DNA of 64,000 nt from Isurus oxyrinchus (taxonomy: Eukaryota), in NCBI GenBank assembly GCA_026770705.1, contig JANJGN010000014.1, forward strand, positions 115,258,001 through 115,322,000, read 5' to 3'. A model generated the notes under the pieces. That model was given only the letters and a program-made list of their open reading frames with translations. It was not told the origin of the DNA and made no database searches. A program made the position numbers and the translations under genes. Position 1 is the first letter of the stretch. The number at the start of each line of letters is the position of its first letter. This document shows positions 27,816 to 42,314 of the stretch, piece after piece.

Positions 27816-28199
27816 TTGGTAGAATAACAGTGAAGAAAAATGATTCAAGAAACAAAATAAGCATGCCGAGGTTAACTTTTTAAAAAAATACTGATTTTCA
27901 ATGACATTGGTGTTTTAAATAATTATTATTAAAATATTTGTAAAGTATATATGACAGATTTTTAAAGTAAAGGAGATCAGAAAATAATTCTTTGTTGCAT
28001 GACCTTCTATTTTACTGAGTGTCATTAAGCTCACTTTTTTGAGCCATTCACTTTTAAAAGGAGCACTGATGGTGATGCTTCCATTCATAGAAACACACAA
28101 AAATACAACACAGGGGAAGGCTCTGCACTTCATCTGGCTGGTTGTAAAAACAAAAATGTCATAATTAACCACTCCCTCAATTATCCATCCCATTCCCCC

Positions 28200-28800
28200 T
28201 TATATATTCCCATTCTATCTTCCTTTCTTCCACAATCCATTCCTCATGTTTCATACTTGCTGTGTAAAATAATCAATTCTAAATTCTGCTGCAACTTTCC
28301 CCTTCTAAACCTGATTCCACGTTCCCAGATTCTAGCATTTGTGGCAATGTCAAACATAATATTAATATTCAAATTAACTATGTCTTTAAGAGTCTTGAAT
28401 AATAAGTCCTCTGAGCCTTCTGTTTTCCAAACTGAGAAATCCCATTATTCCATTTCTTCCTATAATGCAGATGCCATATGCAGGCAAAAGTTTGGTGTCC
28501 ATTTCACCATTGCCTCCAATGCATGGATATCCTTGCTGTGGTACAGTGACCAACATTGTACACAGCGCTCTCATGTTAGCCATACCAATGCCTTGTGCAG
28601 ATTCATCGTCTCCTTGCAAAATATGTGTCCTATCTCTATTGGCATATTTGTCCATTTTAGTTATTGCTCCCGCACACAGGATGATCAGTTCCCATGAGTC
28701 ATCAAGTAGTTTTGCCATTCCCTTTGCAATGTGGTATCCTGTGGAATAGAGCCATTCAGTTTGCATTGCCACTTTTTAAATTTATCTTGCAATTGCCCAC
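28200..28800 (-). mobile_element. Decayed CR1-type LINE 3' fragment
   Basis: The minus strand at ~28490-28555 reads WSLYHSKDIHALEAM, resembling the CR1 ORF2 motif WSPxxxKDIxxLExVQ. Confidence 0.6.
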
Positions 28801-30686
28801 TTTCCATCCCATCCCCCTATTCTATTGAGACTCCTTTTTCAGCCTGTGTTAGGTTTAGAATGACATGATTCTCTGCATCATGTGCTTTGTGACTGGATGA
28901 ACACCTTTGAAAGATCTCTTTATCTAAATTCCAGGATGTCGGTGATAAAATTGAGGTAGGGAGCCCATTTAGAATCCAACTGAAATGTTTGTTGACTGCA
29001 GCAGCCACAGCCAGTTTGGACACAATTTGGTAAAATGTGATCCCTTATGGGTGAAGCCACCATCTATTTCAGTTTTGGATCAAAGCTGGTGATGAGCACT
29101 GATTGAAATTAAAACAATGACCAATCAGAGTTTGGAACATTCCATTCAGTAAAATTAACTTAGGCCAATCCGAAGGAATTTTGGTTCAAGTGGTCTTTTC
29201 TTTTAAGAAGCCTGTATTATACTACAATCATTTTCTGGCAATTGCCTATTTTACATAAATGCAGTAAACAGTATGATACAATCCGTTAGGCATGTCACTA
29301 TATTTGAAATAAATTCACCAAAATAATCAGGGAGAATATGTTGAAAATGAGTGCTCTTCAGATCAGCAGCTTAAGATGATAACGTAAGAGAATTATTTTT
29401 ACAAAACAAATTAACATACATTTGAATCAGTATCTAAAAAATAAATTATTGCTGATGTTGAAAGCAAGGTATGTTGGTAGGTTCATATTTTATGAATGTT
29501 AGGGGTCCCAGTTGAGATCACAAAAACAAACAGGATGTTTGTCCCTACTACTGAAAGCACCCAGTGTTGCATTTAAAAGCTGTTCTTAGGCCGATCTGGG
29601 TCAATGTAAGATTGGAGCGAGTTCATTCAGACAGGAAGAGGTCATAAGGCAGGCAGAGATTTGCAAAATAGAGGTGAGGAACAGTAGCATTTGGGAAGCT
29701 CTTTGTTGATCTCGCTCCATGTCACTCAGTTTTTGAAGGCAAATCTACAGCAAGCTAATTAGTCCCAGCCTCTTAGCAACAATTTCCCACTCCCTCAAAC
29801 CTCCCAAGATGATGTGGCTGGTATTATTTATGTGAGATTAGATATTTCAGTGAATATTTGCTTGAATGCAGAAATGGTTAACTTAAGTGACAAATATTTT
29901 ATGGCCTTGCCTCTTTTATGCCTTTGATCTAAATACATGTCTAAAAAGTACAAAAAAGCTTGTTATTGTCGTTTTGTAAAGTCTTGCAAAGAATCATGGC
30001 CTGTGTCATAAATATTGCTAAAATGCAACACATTGATAGAATTTATAAAAATGCATCTCCTTTCAGCCCTTGCCACCACAAGTTTCCTCCCTTTCCGGAA
30101 GGCATAAACACATGCTGGATACAGTTCTCTGAGCATTAGTAGCACTCTGGCACCAGACCTAAATGACCACACTTCATTAACAAGCCTGGGCTGTGACTCT
30201 ATTCGATTGTGGAGAACATCATGGCCACCCCTGATGGAGTCCTCACTGAAACCCTTCAGCAAAGGGCATGAGAGAACAATTAGGATAAGGAAACTTTGTT
30301 TAATGTTTTCTTCCCCAGGCCAGGGATACTGAGAAGACATGTGGCATCCCCACAATGACCCTGGATAAAGTTTTGCTTACCCAGCACAGACCAATGATCA
30401 AACCTGGAGATTTCCTGGTCCCTGTTACTTCCGTCTTGCTGGCTGTATTCAGGACAACCCCGATTTGCAAAGGGTGGCGGGGGTGGTGGGGGGGGGGTGC
30501 TCAAGCAAGCATTAGGGACCTTATTAGCATGTGCAAAGGGCTTAACATCTGTTTCAGGTAGAAGTTCTGGACACCTGTATTTTTGCCTATAGCAATATGA
30601 TGTGTGGTGCATTTCTTGCTAGTAATGAGTGTACACTTCCTGACCACCACATTGGAGGCTCAAGTGTCTGCTAATTTCCTGCAGCA

Positions 30687-31232
30687 GGGAGGCAGTGGTG
30701 TAACGGTATTGTCACTAGATTGAGATCCAGAGATCCAAGGTAATGCTCTGGGTCCCTCAAACCGCCCAAGATGATGTGGCCTCTTCTTATGACCTCTTTC
30801 AGTCCGAATGAACTCGCTCCAATCTTACATTGACCCAGATTGGCCTAAGAACAGCTTTAAATTCAACACTGGGTGCTTTCAGTAGTAGAGACAAACACCC
30901 TGTTTGTTTTTGTGATCTCAACTGGGACCCCTAACATTCATAAAATGTGAATCTACCAACATGGCAGATGGTGGAATTTGAATCCAATAAAAATCTGGAA
31001 TTAAAAGTCTAATGACAACTGTGAAACCATTGCCAATTGTCATAAAAACCCATCTGTATTACTAATGTCCATTAGGGAAGGCAATCTGCTGTCCTTACCT
31101 GGTCTGGCCTACATGTGACTCCAGACTCACAGCAATATGATTGACTCTTAAAATGCCCCCTGAACAAGGACAGTTGGGGATGGGCAATAAATACTGGCAG
31201 AGCCAGTGACATCTCATGAATGAATAAATAAA
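30687..31232 (+). mobile_element. tRNA-derived SINE with LINE-derived tail; B-box region replaced by an insertion (30753-30962)
   Basis: The head GGGAGGCAGTGGTGTAACGGT is A-box-like, the body runs ATGGCAGATGGTGGAATTTGAA..., and the tail GGGATGGGCAATAAATACTGG..GAATGAATAAA matches the 3' end of the LINE at 52960-54895. Confidence 0.9.
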
Positions 31233-31259
31233 GCACTATTGAGTTTCTAGCTCCCAGCC

Positions 31260-32095
31260 TTTGATGAACCATAATTTCCTCTAGTTGAACATTAGGAAGT
31301 CACAAGCCATCATCTTTGGCACTCACCATAAACACCATACTCTTGCCACTAACTCCAAACCCTGCCTACTGTCTCAGATTGAAGAACATTACTGGCAATC
31401 TCAATATCCAATTGGATTCCCCGCTGAGTGTCCAACCCACAGATCCTTTCTATAATAACGACTGTCTGCTTTTGTTTCCTTAACATCATCTGCTACTTCT
31501 CCAGCTTCTGCACATATATTGCTGAAATCCATATGTCGGCTTTCATCAACTCCAGATTCCAATGTTTTCCTGGATGGCCTCCCCTCTTCCATTGTCTATA
31601 AGTTTTAGGATGTCTAAAAATCCAATACCTATATTCTATCCTGCACCAAGTCGCGCTTACCCATCATCCAACCTCCATTAGTTGCTGATTACCCCAATGT
31701 GTCAAATTTAAAATGATCGTCCTTGTGTTTAAATCCATTCTTGGCCTTCTAGGTCCATATCTCTGTAACCTGCACTAGCCCTATGGTAGCCTGGATGCTC
31801 TGTTCCTCTGATTCTGACCTCTTGCACATATCTCCCTCCTTTTATCCCATTAGTAGTAATTGTGCCTTCAACTCCCTTGACCCTGCAGAGTCCTTAAATC
31901 TCTTTACTTTCCCACTGTCAATTCCTCATTTAAGACCCTCCCTAAAACTAATTTCTTTAATCATCTCAAACTTTTTATCACCCCTTCTAATATCACCTTT
32001 TGTGGGTAGGCAACTATTTTTGTCTAATTACTTCTTTAAGAGCAGCTTTGGACATTTTTCTAATTTAAAAGTGTGATATAAATGTGAGTTGTTCA
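31260..32095 (+). mobile_element. Decayed L2-type LINE 3' portion
   Basis: Ends in GGACATTTT..TAAAAGTGTGATATAAATGTGAGTTGTT, an L2-like tail also seen at ~41240-41290 and, reversed, at 49402. Confidence 0.7.
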
Positions 32096-34771
32096 TTTTA
32101 AGAGAGGCATTAAACTGTTTATTTTAAGTAAGTTAATATTTTTCTTAAAATAAAATAAAGGAATTCTATACAAATATTTTAAGGATTCATATAATAATAT
32201 ACATACTTCATAAGTTTAGGGCTCATGTGATGTATTTATTGACTGAAATGTGGAGGTGGAAAGGGAGCAGAAATGAACTTTTAATGACTTTGTTCCAGGA
32301 TTATGGATTTTATTTGCATAGAGACATGTTTGTATTAAAGCACCAGAACATCACTGTATCTGAAGATCAAAAAGATCAGCTCTTGATAATCTGACCAACA
32401 TAATTGCTGGTAGAGACATTTGTCTACTTCACAGTAATAGTGCATTGCTCAGCTTCAGCAGCATACCTGTACCCTGTTGAATGTAACCCAGGATGATCTC
32501 AGATTATGAGCCAATTTGTAGTTTGAATATAGTTCGCAACAATCTTCACGACACCTTGCCCTGAAATCAAAAAGTGACAAGAGTATTTTATCTGATAATG
32601 CAGATGGCCAATCTTATGGAGTGTGACGACATCAGACAAACTCTCAGCTCCAGTCCCTGTGGTGAGAGACTGGAGCATCTACAGGAGAAACACTTTGGTG
32701 TCACAAGGAAACAGAAATGGCTCCAAAATGGCTGCAGTTCTCTTTGAAGCCAAAGGTGGTCCTCGCCTGGCACTCGTAAGATTACTCTTCACCCCCTACA
32801 GTTCCTATGATGTTATCTTACATGTCCTACTGTGTGCTACATTATCATTTTATAACAGTTGTTGAGAAAGCCTTCTGCTATTTGGAACTGTAGTCCTGAG
32901 ATTCTGTCAAACATTTAAAAGCACACTGTATTAATCAGATCATTAGCATGTGAGGAGCTGAGAAACTATACTTTGAAACTTCATTAGATGCTATGACATG
33001 TTTATAAATGGTCTTTTTTAAAAAGTGAATTTGCTCTCTCCATCTCATTAATTCAACATTTTTAAAATCCTCTCATGTTGCATTAAAAGGGAGTAGCATC
33101 CAGGAGTTACTAAACAAAAGAATATATGGTCTATTGCATTTACATGATGTAAGGGTGTCTGTGTATCAGAACATAAAAATATCATCAGCCCTGGCAGCAC
33201 ATTTTTATTTAATTGATTATAAACAGCGTGATGATTTGTAAAACTTTTGCCTCATCATACTCTGTTGTATAATTTAAGAGTCTCAAGGTTTCCTTCTAAT
33301 TTATTGCATTTGATCTGGTGACTTTGTCTTTCTGACTTTTATCGGGCTTGGTAAAATGAAGAAAAAAGGAACAGCTGGTTGGTGATCAACGTATACAAAG
33401 TAGACAGTTTTGTAAATAAATATAAAGGGTGTGACTATCATCCAACAGGCACTTAAACAAACAAATGTATTGGATTCTAACGGTATTCTCAGTATTACAG
33501 CGCAACTTGGGCACAACTTCAATACCCAGGATTAATGCAAAATCACTTCCATCTTAACTTCCATTTATGAAACACCCCTGCCCCAAATTAACCCCTTCTT
33601 ACTTACATCGTTAAAGCCTTGCTTGTAGAAGTTCCCTATAATTTAGCCCTTTCACTATTCTGTGGATAACATTTCAAAAATATGTTTTACTTAAAGTAAT
33701 GAATTTCTAGTGGAAGTAGTAAATATGAAAAGTAGGTCAGCAAGCAACATTCGCAGGCCCATGAGGAGTTAAATTCTTGAAGTTGCATTTTTGTAGAATT
33801 TGCCAAATGATTATTTAAATGATGAAATTTCAGTGAAAGTTACAAATCTAATTATAATATTACAACATAGAAGATTTATATTAGATGGAAAACTAACTAA
33901 TGAATCTCTAGTTCGTGAAATTTAAATATTGCTCTAATAAAAAGATTACTGTATTGCCAGATATTCAGAGAGCTCATAAATTCAATGCATTTGTGAGGGG
34001 AAAAAGTACTGCTTGCTTGAATTCCTTTAAGTATGAAAAGCTGTGCTTAAAAGAAAAACGTCAGCATTCACTACATGACAGTAACTCACATTCAGTCTGC
34101 TTTTATTTAAAGGCCATGTCCTATATTTCTGATATACAACTAAAAAAGTATACATCTGTATATCAAAATATATTTATGTTAATATTTCAATAAGTTCAAA
34201 ATCTGAATTCAACCTTTGAATACCTAAGTGCAGAAACAGCTGACCTCATACCATCAAGGACTCAAATATGTACCACTACAGATTGTGGTCTGCTTGTCAT
34301 TGCACTGTGAATAATTTCTATGTCTACTACTTTTATATCACCAGATAAATCTGTCCACCATTAATCTGTTCAGAGTTGAGTCATATCCACTAATATCTGG
34401 AAAGACGTGTTATTATTAGCTTACCTGGTGTTGGATTCACACCACCATTAGACTATTAGCAATTGTACAAGGAGTGAGATGATGCCATCACTAAACTAAA
34501 GGACTGCTAACCCAGCACTCTTCATCTACTTGAGAGCAATCAAAACTCCTAATATTTGAAATAAAGCTGACAAAGTATTGAAGTAAAGTACAAAAAAGGT
34601 CCTCCTAAATTGCAGCTTGCTCAGTGTTGGGAGCAGTACTGATTTGATGCCACTGGTCACTAGGCCACAGTCAGTCTGAATAGCACGTACATGTCAAAGG
34701 TCACATTTACCCAATAAAGTGCCTTGTAAGAGAATTTTATCAGTCATTTGCTTTAAAACATTTCAATTTAG

Positions 34772-35050
34772 GTTCCCTGCTGGCCCAGTGGGTAAATAAA
34801 TTGTGTGATGTGGTATTGAGGCATGCAGATCAGGGTGGCTCCAGGTTTGATCCCTGTTCTTTGCTGAGCTGACAAATTTCACTTGCTATAGGGCAGCACT
34901 GTGCAGTCTCTGGATTAGAAAAGGGATAATCAGCAGGGTTCCTGTTCCTGATCACTATCATATGACCCTTGTCAGAATGTGTGTGTTTGGATGCCAGGTG
35001 AGTATGGGATTACGTTTAGATGTGATCTCTATCACATTAGAATGTTCTGC
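34772..35050 (+). mobile_element. SINE family A copy, 5' part
   Basis: A-box-like TGGCCCAGTGG and B-box-like GGTTTGATCCC. The body is similar to 27455-27815. Confidence 0.65.
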
Positions 35051-36034
35051 AACTACTTAATCTCCATCTGGAGAAAATGTTGACCCTTATATATTTATGC
35101 CCATTATTTTCATCGTTAATATTTCACTCATGTTAATACAAACAGTGCATTAATTAGCTTGTTAAATTGCCTTGGAAGGTAGTTTGACTTACCAATAATG
35201 GCACATTAAACTGAAGCCAGCATTATTTCACTTCCTGAAGATTGGTGTCAAGCCAAACCTGTTCATTCTTACACATAAGAATGAGAAAGAATCGAACAAA
35301 ACAAAATTGGCTCAACAAGTCTATTGTCAGACTGTGTATAATTTGCCATATTCTGCAGTTGGCCCGAACCTTACTATCCTAGAGAAAAGTAAGCTAACAC
35401 AGGTATCCTCTAAGAAGATGATACTGTGTGAACTTTATCTCCAACCCTGAATTAAGCAAAACTGATCATTCCAACTGTATTCCATGAATAACACATCTAT
35501 TGTGACAAATTGGATGCCATTGGACTCTGTAATGAAGTAAATCTATGTGTATACTTATTTTTTTCAGTCACCTTCCTAACTATCCATTTATTTAGCTCTA
35601 TTTCAAAGGAACTAATTGACATAATATTGGATATCCTGTAATCTGTTCAGTACCAAGAGCAAAATTTGAGTATCACTGATAAAAGGGACATGTCAACAGG
35701 ACATTCACAAGAATACCAAATGTAAAGGGAACAACACTTTATACTTCATGAGAAGAAAGTGCTGATTGGTTGGCAGGTGGGCTCCGATTGGTAGAAGCAG
35801 CATTTATTTAATGTTTATTTTTGTTTGAAATAGTTTGACCACCCCTCCCTAAAATGTTAATGGTGTTGACCCCTTAAGTGGAGGGCACTTGTACCATGAA
35901 GGAGTTGGACTGTTCGAATTTCATAGCTCTATTAGCCCATCACATTCACACAAAGTAAATCTGTCACTTTATGCCCATGTTACATTTCTGTTTCACTGTT
36001 CATTACCTTCTACCATGTTTTATCACCAACCTGT

Positions 36035-36330
36035 GCATAACACCAACTTTAATGAAGTAAAATGTCCCAAGGTGCTCATAGGAGCATTCTCGGATAAAAT
36101 TGGACACTGAGTATCTTAAGGAGATATTAGGACAGGTGAGCAAAAACTTGGTCAAAGAGGTAGGTTCTAAGGAGGGAGAGAGATAGAGGTGGAGCAGTTT
36201 TAGATGGGCATTCCAAAGTTCATGGCCTAAGCAGCTGGGGATAGGAAAATGGGGATACCAGAAGACAAAATTGAAGGAACGTAGAGTTCTTAGAGGGCTG
36301 GAGGATGCTACAGTGATAGATGCACTGTAG
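36035..36330 (-). mobile_element. L2-type LINE 3' fragment
   Basis: AAATGTCCCAAGGTGCT and AAAACTTGGTCAAAGAGGTAGG are the reverse complement of the L2-like tail. Confidence 0.7.
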
Positions 36331-36444
36331 CTAAATGAGAGTACAGGCTAAATACTATTATAACTCTGATTTCCCAATTTACACTTGCAGCTATCAAGAC
36401 TCTGCCAGCAGTGGAGTCTCCCACATATACCTTTATTTTTTATA

Positions 36445-36680
36445 TATATTTGTACATGGGATGTGGGCTTCACTGGCTAGGCCAGCATTTATTGCCCATC
36501 CCTAATTGCCCTTGAGAATGAGGTGGTGATCTGCCTTCTTAAGCCGCCAAGCCCATGTGGTGTAGGTACACCCAGAGTGCTGTTAAGGAGGGAGTCCCAA
36601 ATTTTGACCCAGCAACAGTGAAGGAATGGTGGTATAGTTCCAAGTCAGAATGATGAGTGGCTTGGAGGGGAACTTTCATA
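36445..36680 (-). mobile_element. 3' fragment of the CR1-group LINE family seen at 52960-54895
   Basis: Near-identical to ~52975-53195 (GCATTTATTGCCC.TCCCTAATTG.CCTTGAGAA, TAGGTACACCCAGAGTGCTGTTA, CCAAGTCAGAAT). Confidence 0.9.
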
Positions 36681-39397
36681 TATCTCATGAATTCAGGTTT
36701 GAAGTTAAATAAAACATTTGGAGCATTAGTAGCACTGTGATGTTTTTTTTCTTGTAAGTGTTCCAAATACTAAATGGAGGTCAGCTGTATCTGCAACAAG
36801 TGGAAGAGAAGCCACCTAGGCAACTCTTCAGCTTTCAGCAGCTGGTTATTGTGGCTGGGGAAAGAGGGCTGGCAGTAGAGTGCCAGCTTAGCTTCTGTAC
36901 TTGACAGCAACTTGTGGATAGTGAAAGGGAATGTTGGAAAATATAAATTAACTTACCTTCCCCCACTACCAATCAAATAATAAATTTAAGACTGTGGATC
37001 TCAGTGAGTTTCTTGTGAATATTCCAACAACTATTATAATTTAAAGAGTAAGTAATATCTAGGGAAAACTCGATATGACTTAACCAAAGTGCTGTATTTT
37101 ATTTTAAATAAAACACGAATAATTCAAAACTTGGCATTTTTTTCTCAATTCACCTTACTCTTGGTTCAATCTGCAATGAACTCCCTCTTAACATAATTAA
37201 ACATTTTCAAAGAAATTGCTGCTTGGAAGAAATGGCAATTTAGAAAGAAGTTGATTGTAACTGTATCAGTCAGTTGGCAAACGAAGGAAATGTTGTTTCA
37301 TATCTGATCTATATTATGTATGATAACTTTCTTATCTCTGCTTCTGCATTGACTCTCAGTATTACAGTGACTTGAATGGGAAATAGTGTATCTGTCATAC
37401 AAATATATCTGTGGCTCCTGACTAGTGGCATTAAACTTGCCATTGTGTCAGGCATGCATTAGCCTAACTCAGAAAAGCAGTGAAGATAGTAGTGTACTTT
37501 GTTAAAATAAGCTATAGTCAAATGCAGATGGCAGACACAGTTTCAAATTAATTTACAGGTATTTGTATCTCACCAAAGTCCAGCCCAGTGTGCAGTGTTT
37601 GCAGTTTCTACCATGCCTATATTACTCAGCCTAATAATATGCAAACCAATTTCACTGTTATGCAATTGCTTTCGTGTGTGTGTATGTGTGTGGGAGATGG
37701 CAGCAGATAGAGGGAGCTTAGCAGAATTTGGAGGGGGCGGGGTTTCCTTAAATACGTTTAAGATTTTATATTGGCTAAACCATATTGTCATAGTGGAATC
37801 CATGTTGTTGCTGGCAAAAAATAAGAACACTACATTACATGGAGAAATGGAGTTAAAAGTCGTCTGAGAGACGCTGGTGCTGGAAGAGGTGGACATGCTG
37901 TAAATTGGAAGAAAGGGACTTCAATCTGGCCTCACTAGTAGAAGTTATGATCAAGGGGTGCTCAATGAATTGTATTGGAAACCCTGAAATGAGCATCAGA
38001 CTGGATTAGTTTGGACTATTCCACATTTGGATGTGTTTATCCCCTTAACAAAATGGTAGTGAACATGTACTAAGGATTAAAAATGTCTCTTTACATGTAT
38101 ACAATGCTGTTTGCACATCCCAACCATATGTTTTCTGATGCTAGAAGATGGCAGACAGATGTTTGACATCTGTGCTTGGCCACAGCTATATTATTTCAAT
38201 TTTCATAAATAATAGTAAATAAGCTGATATTATGCCTGGTAGTTGAATGAACTGATCCTTGCCACTCCCAATACATAATCTTGTATTTCTGAATGATACA
38301 AAACATTTAGCCCTAGATGCTTCATTTCAAAAGTGCAGTCAACAGGTTTCTGTTCACAGGTAAGGGCTGGAGGGTGGAGTAAGCGAGTGTAGATTTAAAC
38401 TCATAGCCTGCACACAGTGACTTCCCAGTCTCTGCATGAGACAGGAGTAAAAGGAAAACAAGAAAAGGATGAGTGGTTTCGAATAAGGAGGGAGGAAGAC
38501 TGAAGAAATTTATTCTGGTCTGTTCACTTGCAATCTCTAACAGTATCAGTGCTGGAGGTCTGGAAGCAGGAAATCCACCGGCTTTCGGGAATGGAGGCGG
38601 CAAAGAGCACATGGACACTGAAGCAAGAAGAGGAAAGAGAATGCCTTGAAAAAAAAGACAAAAAAACAAATCTGTTACATTACCAGTGTGCAGGAGCAAA
38701 TCAAACTCACCTCTGCTGCATTATTATTGCAGTATTCTGCTGAATGGTTAATATAGCTATCAATCTCAAGTTAAAGTAAGTCATCTATAGGCTTCTAGTT
38801 TTGGGTTGGAAATGTAATTTTAAACATTTGATATAAGTTGCTTGTATTCAAAAATATTTTTGTTTGGATTTTTATTTTACCTTTGTTTTTGTTTTTTTGA
38901 ACAAGGAATTAGTGACACAAAAACAATTTTCTGATCATTTAGTGGAACAATCTTTTATACTAGAATCTCCTGTGGATGAAGCTAAAAGGCCACTTGGTTT
39001 GTATAACAATAGCACTACCAACAATTTTAAAGATGCAACTTACACTGGCTTTTCACAATGTCAGTGTTGCTGAAAGTTCTGGTGGTCCAAGGCTAGAAAA
39101 AGCAGTTTTTGGATGCGTGAACAAGAGGACCCAATGTGAATAGATCTTGGGAAAGCAGAAGAATTGCCTTTATATTGCAAATGGCATCTGCTCCCATTGA
39201 ACATGGGTCAGCCAGATTACTGTCCTTCATAAAACCTTTACTTCAAATCTTAATGTCTCACTGTTCCATTATACAGCTAGAAATATCAGGCAAGAAACTT
39301 GAAATTCAGAGAATTTAATTGTATTCAATTCCATCCATGGCCTTGTCCCTCTTTATTTCTGTGACCTCTTTCAACTCTAAAACCCTCCAAGAAATCT

Positions 39398-41054
39398 GGC
39401 CTGGATTTTCACTCCCGGGTTCGAAGTGCAGAATTTGGACATTTACCGACTCTGCAAGCCTGGGCTGGGAAAATGTGCCCTGGGAGTTGGATTTTTTATT
39501 TTGGAGTGCTGGGGTTCTCTGGGAGGTGAACCGGGCAGCCCTGGAATAAGTGCAGATGCAGCTGGGTGCAGAGGTGGACTGGGAAGAAGGCCTGCCTTGG
39601 TGCATTGGCACTGTGTTGAAGTTTAAAAAAAAAGCCCTCCACCCCTCATAACTCCTCACTACCCCGCCCCCTGTTCCAGCGACTCCCCATACCCCATCTA
39701 AGCCAGCACACGCCACCTCATGCCCCTCACAACTCATCCCCATGGCCTGTCATACCCACCATGCGACCTTAAGACCCTCCTACCATACCATAACCTTTCA
39801 TATCCTCCATAGCCACCTATATCCTCCACCCTACACCCTATGCCTTTATAGCCCTTATGACAACCTATGCCCCACTGCCCAACCTTCATAATCCCTCATA
39901 TCTTACATGTCAATCTACACCCTTCTACCCACCCCATGACCTTTTACAGCCCCTATGCCAATTTAGAGCTTTCTCATATCAAACGATGCTTCTGCACCCA
40001 CTACCATTTTCCCTTACACCTACCATGCTAACTCATGCAATATCTACCATGGACAAGCCTTAGGAGCCATGTTAAGATTAAATAATATAAAGTTCTAAGT
40101 GTTTATTAAATATTTTAATTTGTTTTAAAAACACTTTCACTCATTAAAAGCCATTCAACACATTTACATTCCTTCAACTACATAATCCTCTATGAGAGCA
40201 AACATTTCATTCAAGTGCATAACCCTTTATTAAAAAAAACAATTATTGGAGACCATAGTCCCACTTCAAAGAGACTTAAGTACTTGGAGCTGTCAATCAA
40301 TCTGAAATGGGAGAGACCCTACTGTGATAATGGAAGGTTGTGAAATCAGCCATGCAGTACTAATCCAGTAATGGTAACTCTCAGGCTTATATCAACCTAC
40401 AGAGTGAAATAGTAAGCACTGATTTTTAAAAAACACTCAAGACATTTCTTTCAAAGATTTAAAGGGCAGTTGTTTTAAATGCCTTGCTTGCTTTTCAGAC
40501 ACTTGTTGACAGTTTTGACAGGTCCTTTTGATTGTTCCTCTTGACAACTCTCATGACAAAGAGAGACTTTCTTATAATGAGTTTATGCACTTTTTATACA
40601 CACTCATGTCCACTTTAACATTCCCAAAGGGCACCTTACCTCTCCCAAAGGGCACCTCACCTCTCACAAAAGGCAGGTTACCTCTCCCATAGGCGAGCCA
40701 GGACCATGTCCAAAAGGGCGGTCCCCTTTCCACAGGGCTCAGCAAAGTTTACACTCCTACCAGGTCTAATCTGCACATATCATGCCCACTTCTTGTTAAT
40801 GAAAATCCCATATCACTGGAGGCAGCTGCTGTTTTATATGGGCAACTGCCTCCATCAGATGTGCATATGCAAGTGCTGGCCGGGGCCCATTTCCACCTGA
40901 CTCATTGTTCCATTGTATAGGAAGAAATATCAGGTAAGAAACTTGCACACAAAATGGTAGGTGCTGTGATCAGGGGTGGGACTTCTGATTTTCGGCCACT
41001 CCTTCCATTTTCACAATGATGGAGAGATTCTCCATTGTTGCAAAAATCCAGGCC
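39398..41054. mobile_element. Non-autonomous DNA transposon (PIF/Harbinger-type), inserted into an L2 fragment
   Basis: TIRs GGCCTGGATTTT / AAAATCCAGGCC with a 3-bp TSD (TCT) on both sides. The L2-like sequence at ~39300-39397 resumes at 41055-41290. Confidence 0.85.
40623..40694. repeat. 21-bp tandem repeat (CCCAAAGGGCACCTTACCTCT) x ~3.5 inside the MITE
   Basis: Directly visible. Confidence 0.85.
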
Positions 41055-42314
41055 TCTGTGTTCCAGCAATCTTGGCCTATTGCATATCCCTGATTTCTTT
41101 TATGCCTTCTCTTTCTTCATTTTAGATGGTCATATAAAAACCTATTTCTATGAGCAAGTTTTTGGTCATCTGCTCTAACATTGCCTTAAGTAGCTAGGTC
41201 TCAAATTATATTTGATAATGCCCTTGTGAATCACCTTGGAACATTTTACTATGTTAAAGGTATTATACAAATGCACGGTGTTGTTATTGAACTTCAATGC
41301 ACTGTCATAAAGCGTAAAAAGAATGATTTCATTTGCCTTTTAAAATGAACTTTGCTTTTGCGATGAATATGCAATAAAAATCTTCCCAAAGAGAGGAATG
41401 AAAGGGGTTGCAATCTGGGTAAATGGCAAATATTGCAGAGGCCTTGTGGTGTCAAGGGTTTCTAGCTGATATCTTCATCTAAACAGGTTTATGGAGATCC
41501 TGCCCTTGAGAGCATTCAAATAATGTTTAGTGTTAAAAACAAAATCAGAGCAGGCTCAACCTGTTCACTGGTGGCTTTTATTTCACTAATCTACTGATCT
41601 GGCTGCTCACTCAGCAACGTCATCACATACTGTGTTGTTGTAAACAAGAATAACAGGCCTGGTGACATACCAGGTCTTTAATAAACATTTACAAATATAG
41701 TGGCATTTAGATCACCCCTACAATAAAATTGAAAGAATGGATTGTATATAATGTTAATCTTGAAAAAGCAAAGTCTTTTAGTCTTGCTCATGATTTTCTC
41801 TCATTAAAAAAATTAAGTAGCTATCACCAGACCAGCTGATCCACTTAAAAGGAGACTGTCACTTTAAAAAAGGTCTTGTCAGATGCTTTAGCAGAGTTGC
41901 AAACAGAGACGTGCGTAGTGATGTGATCTGTGATGTAAGGAAGCCACTGGGTCGTGGACCACATCTACAATTACACACAGACATGTTAGGAGGTGAAAGA
42001 GGAAAATAAACTTTTGGGGCATTTGTTTGAATCAATAGCGAGCCCTGTTTATTTAATTTTCAACAAGAAGTCTAGAGAATCCCTTCATGATGATTGAAAT
42101 TTCAGTTTGCCCAGGATTATTCAACATATAAACTTTTGAATATAAACCAAGAAAAAAAAACATTAGAACAGTTCGCATGACAGCATACGATAAAGGACAG
42201 AATTTACTGACGTGGACCAAATTGCCAAATTTTCTTTTGATTTAGGTTCTTTTCAGTCATGTTGCAGGATTTAGGGAGTTTGAAGTGCTCCGATAAGGTG
42301 ACAAACTGTCTTTA

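Noticed and set aside
30687-30760. tRNA gene
   Set aside because: This is the tRNA-derived head of a SINE. There is no cloverleaf and the B box is missing. The same SINE origin applies to the heads at 34772 and 55445.
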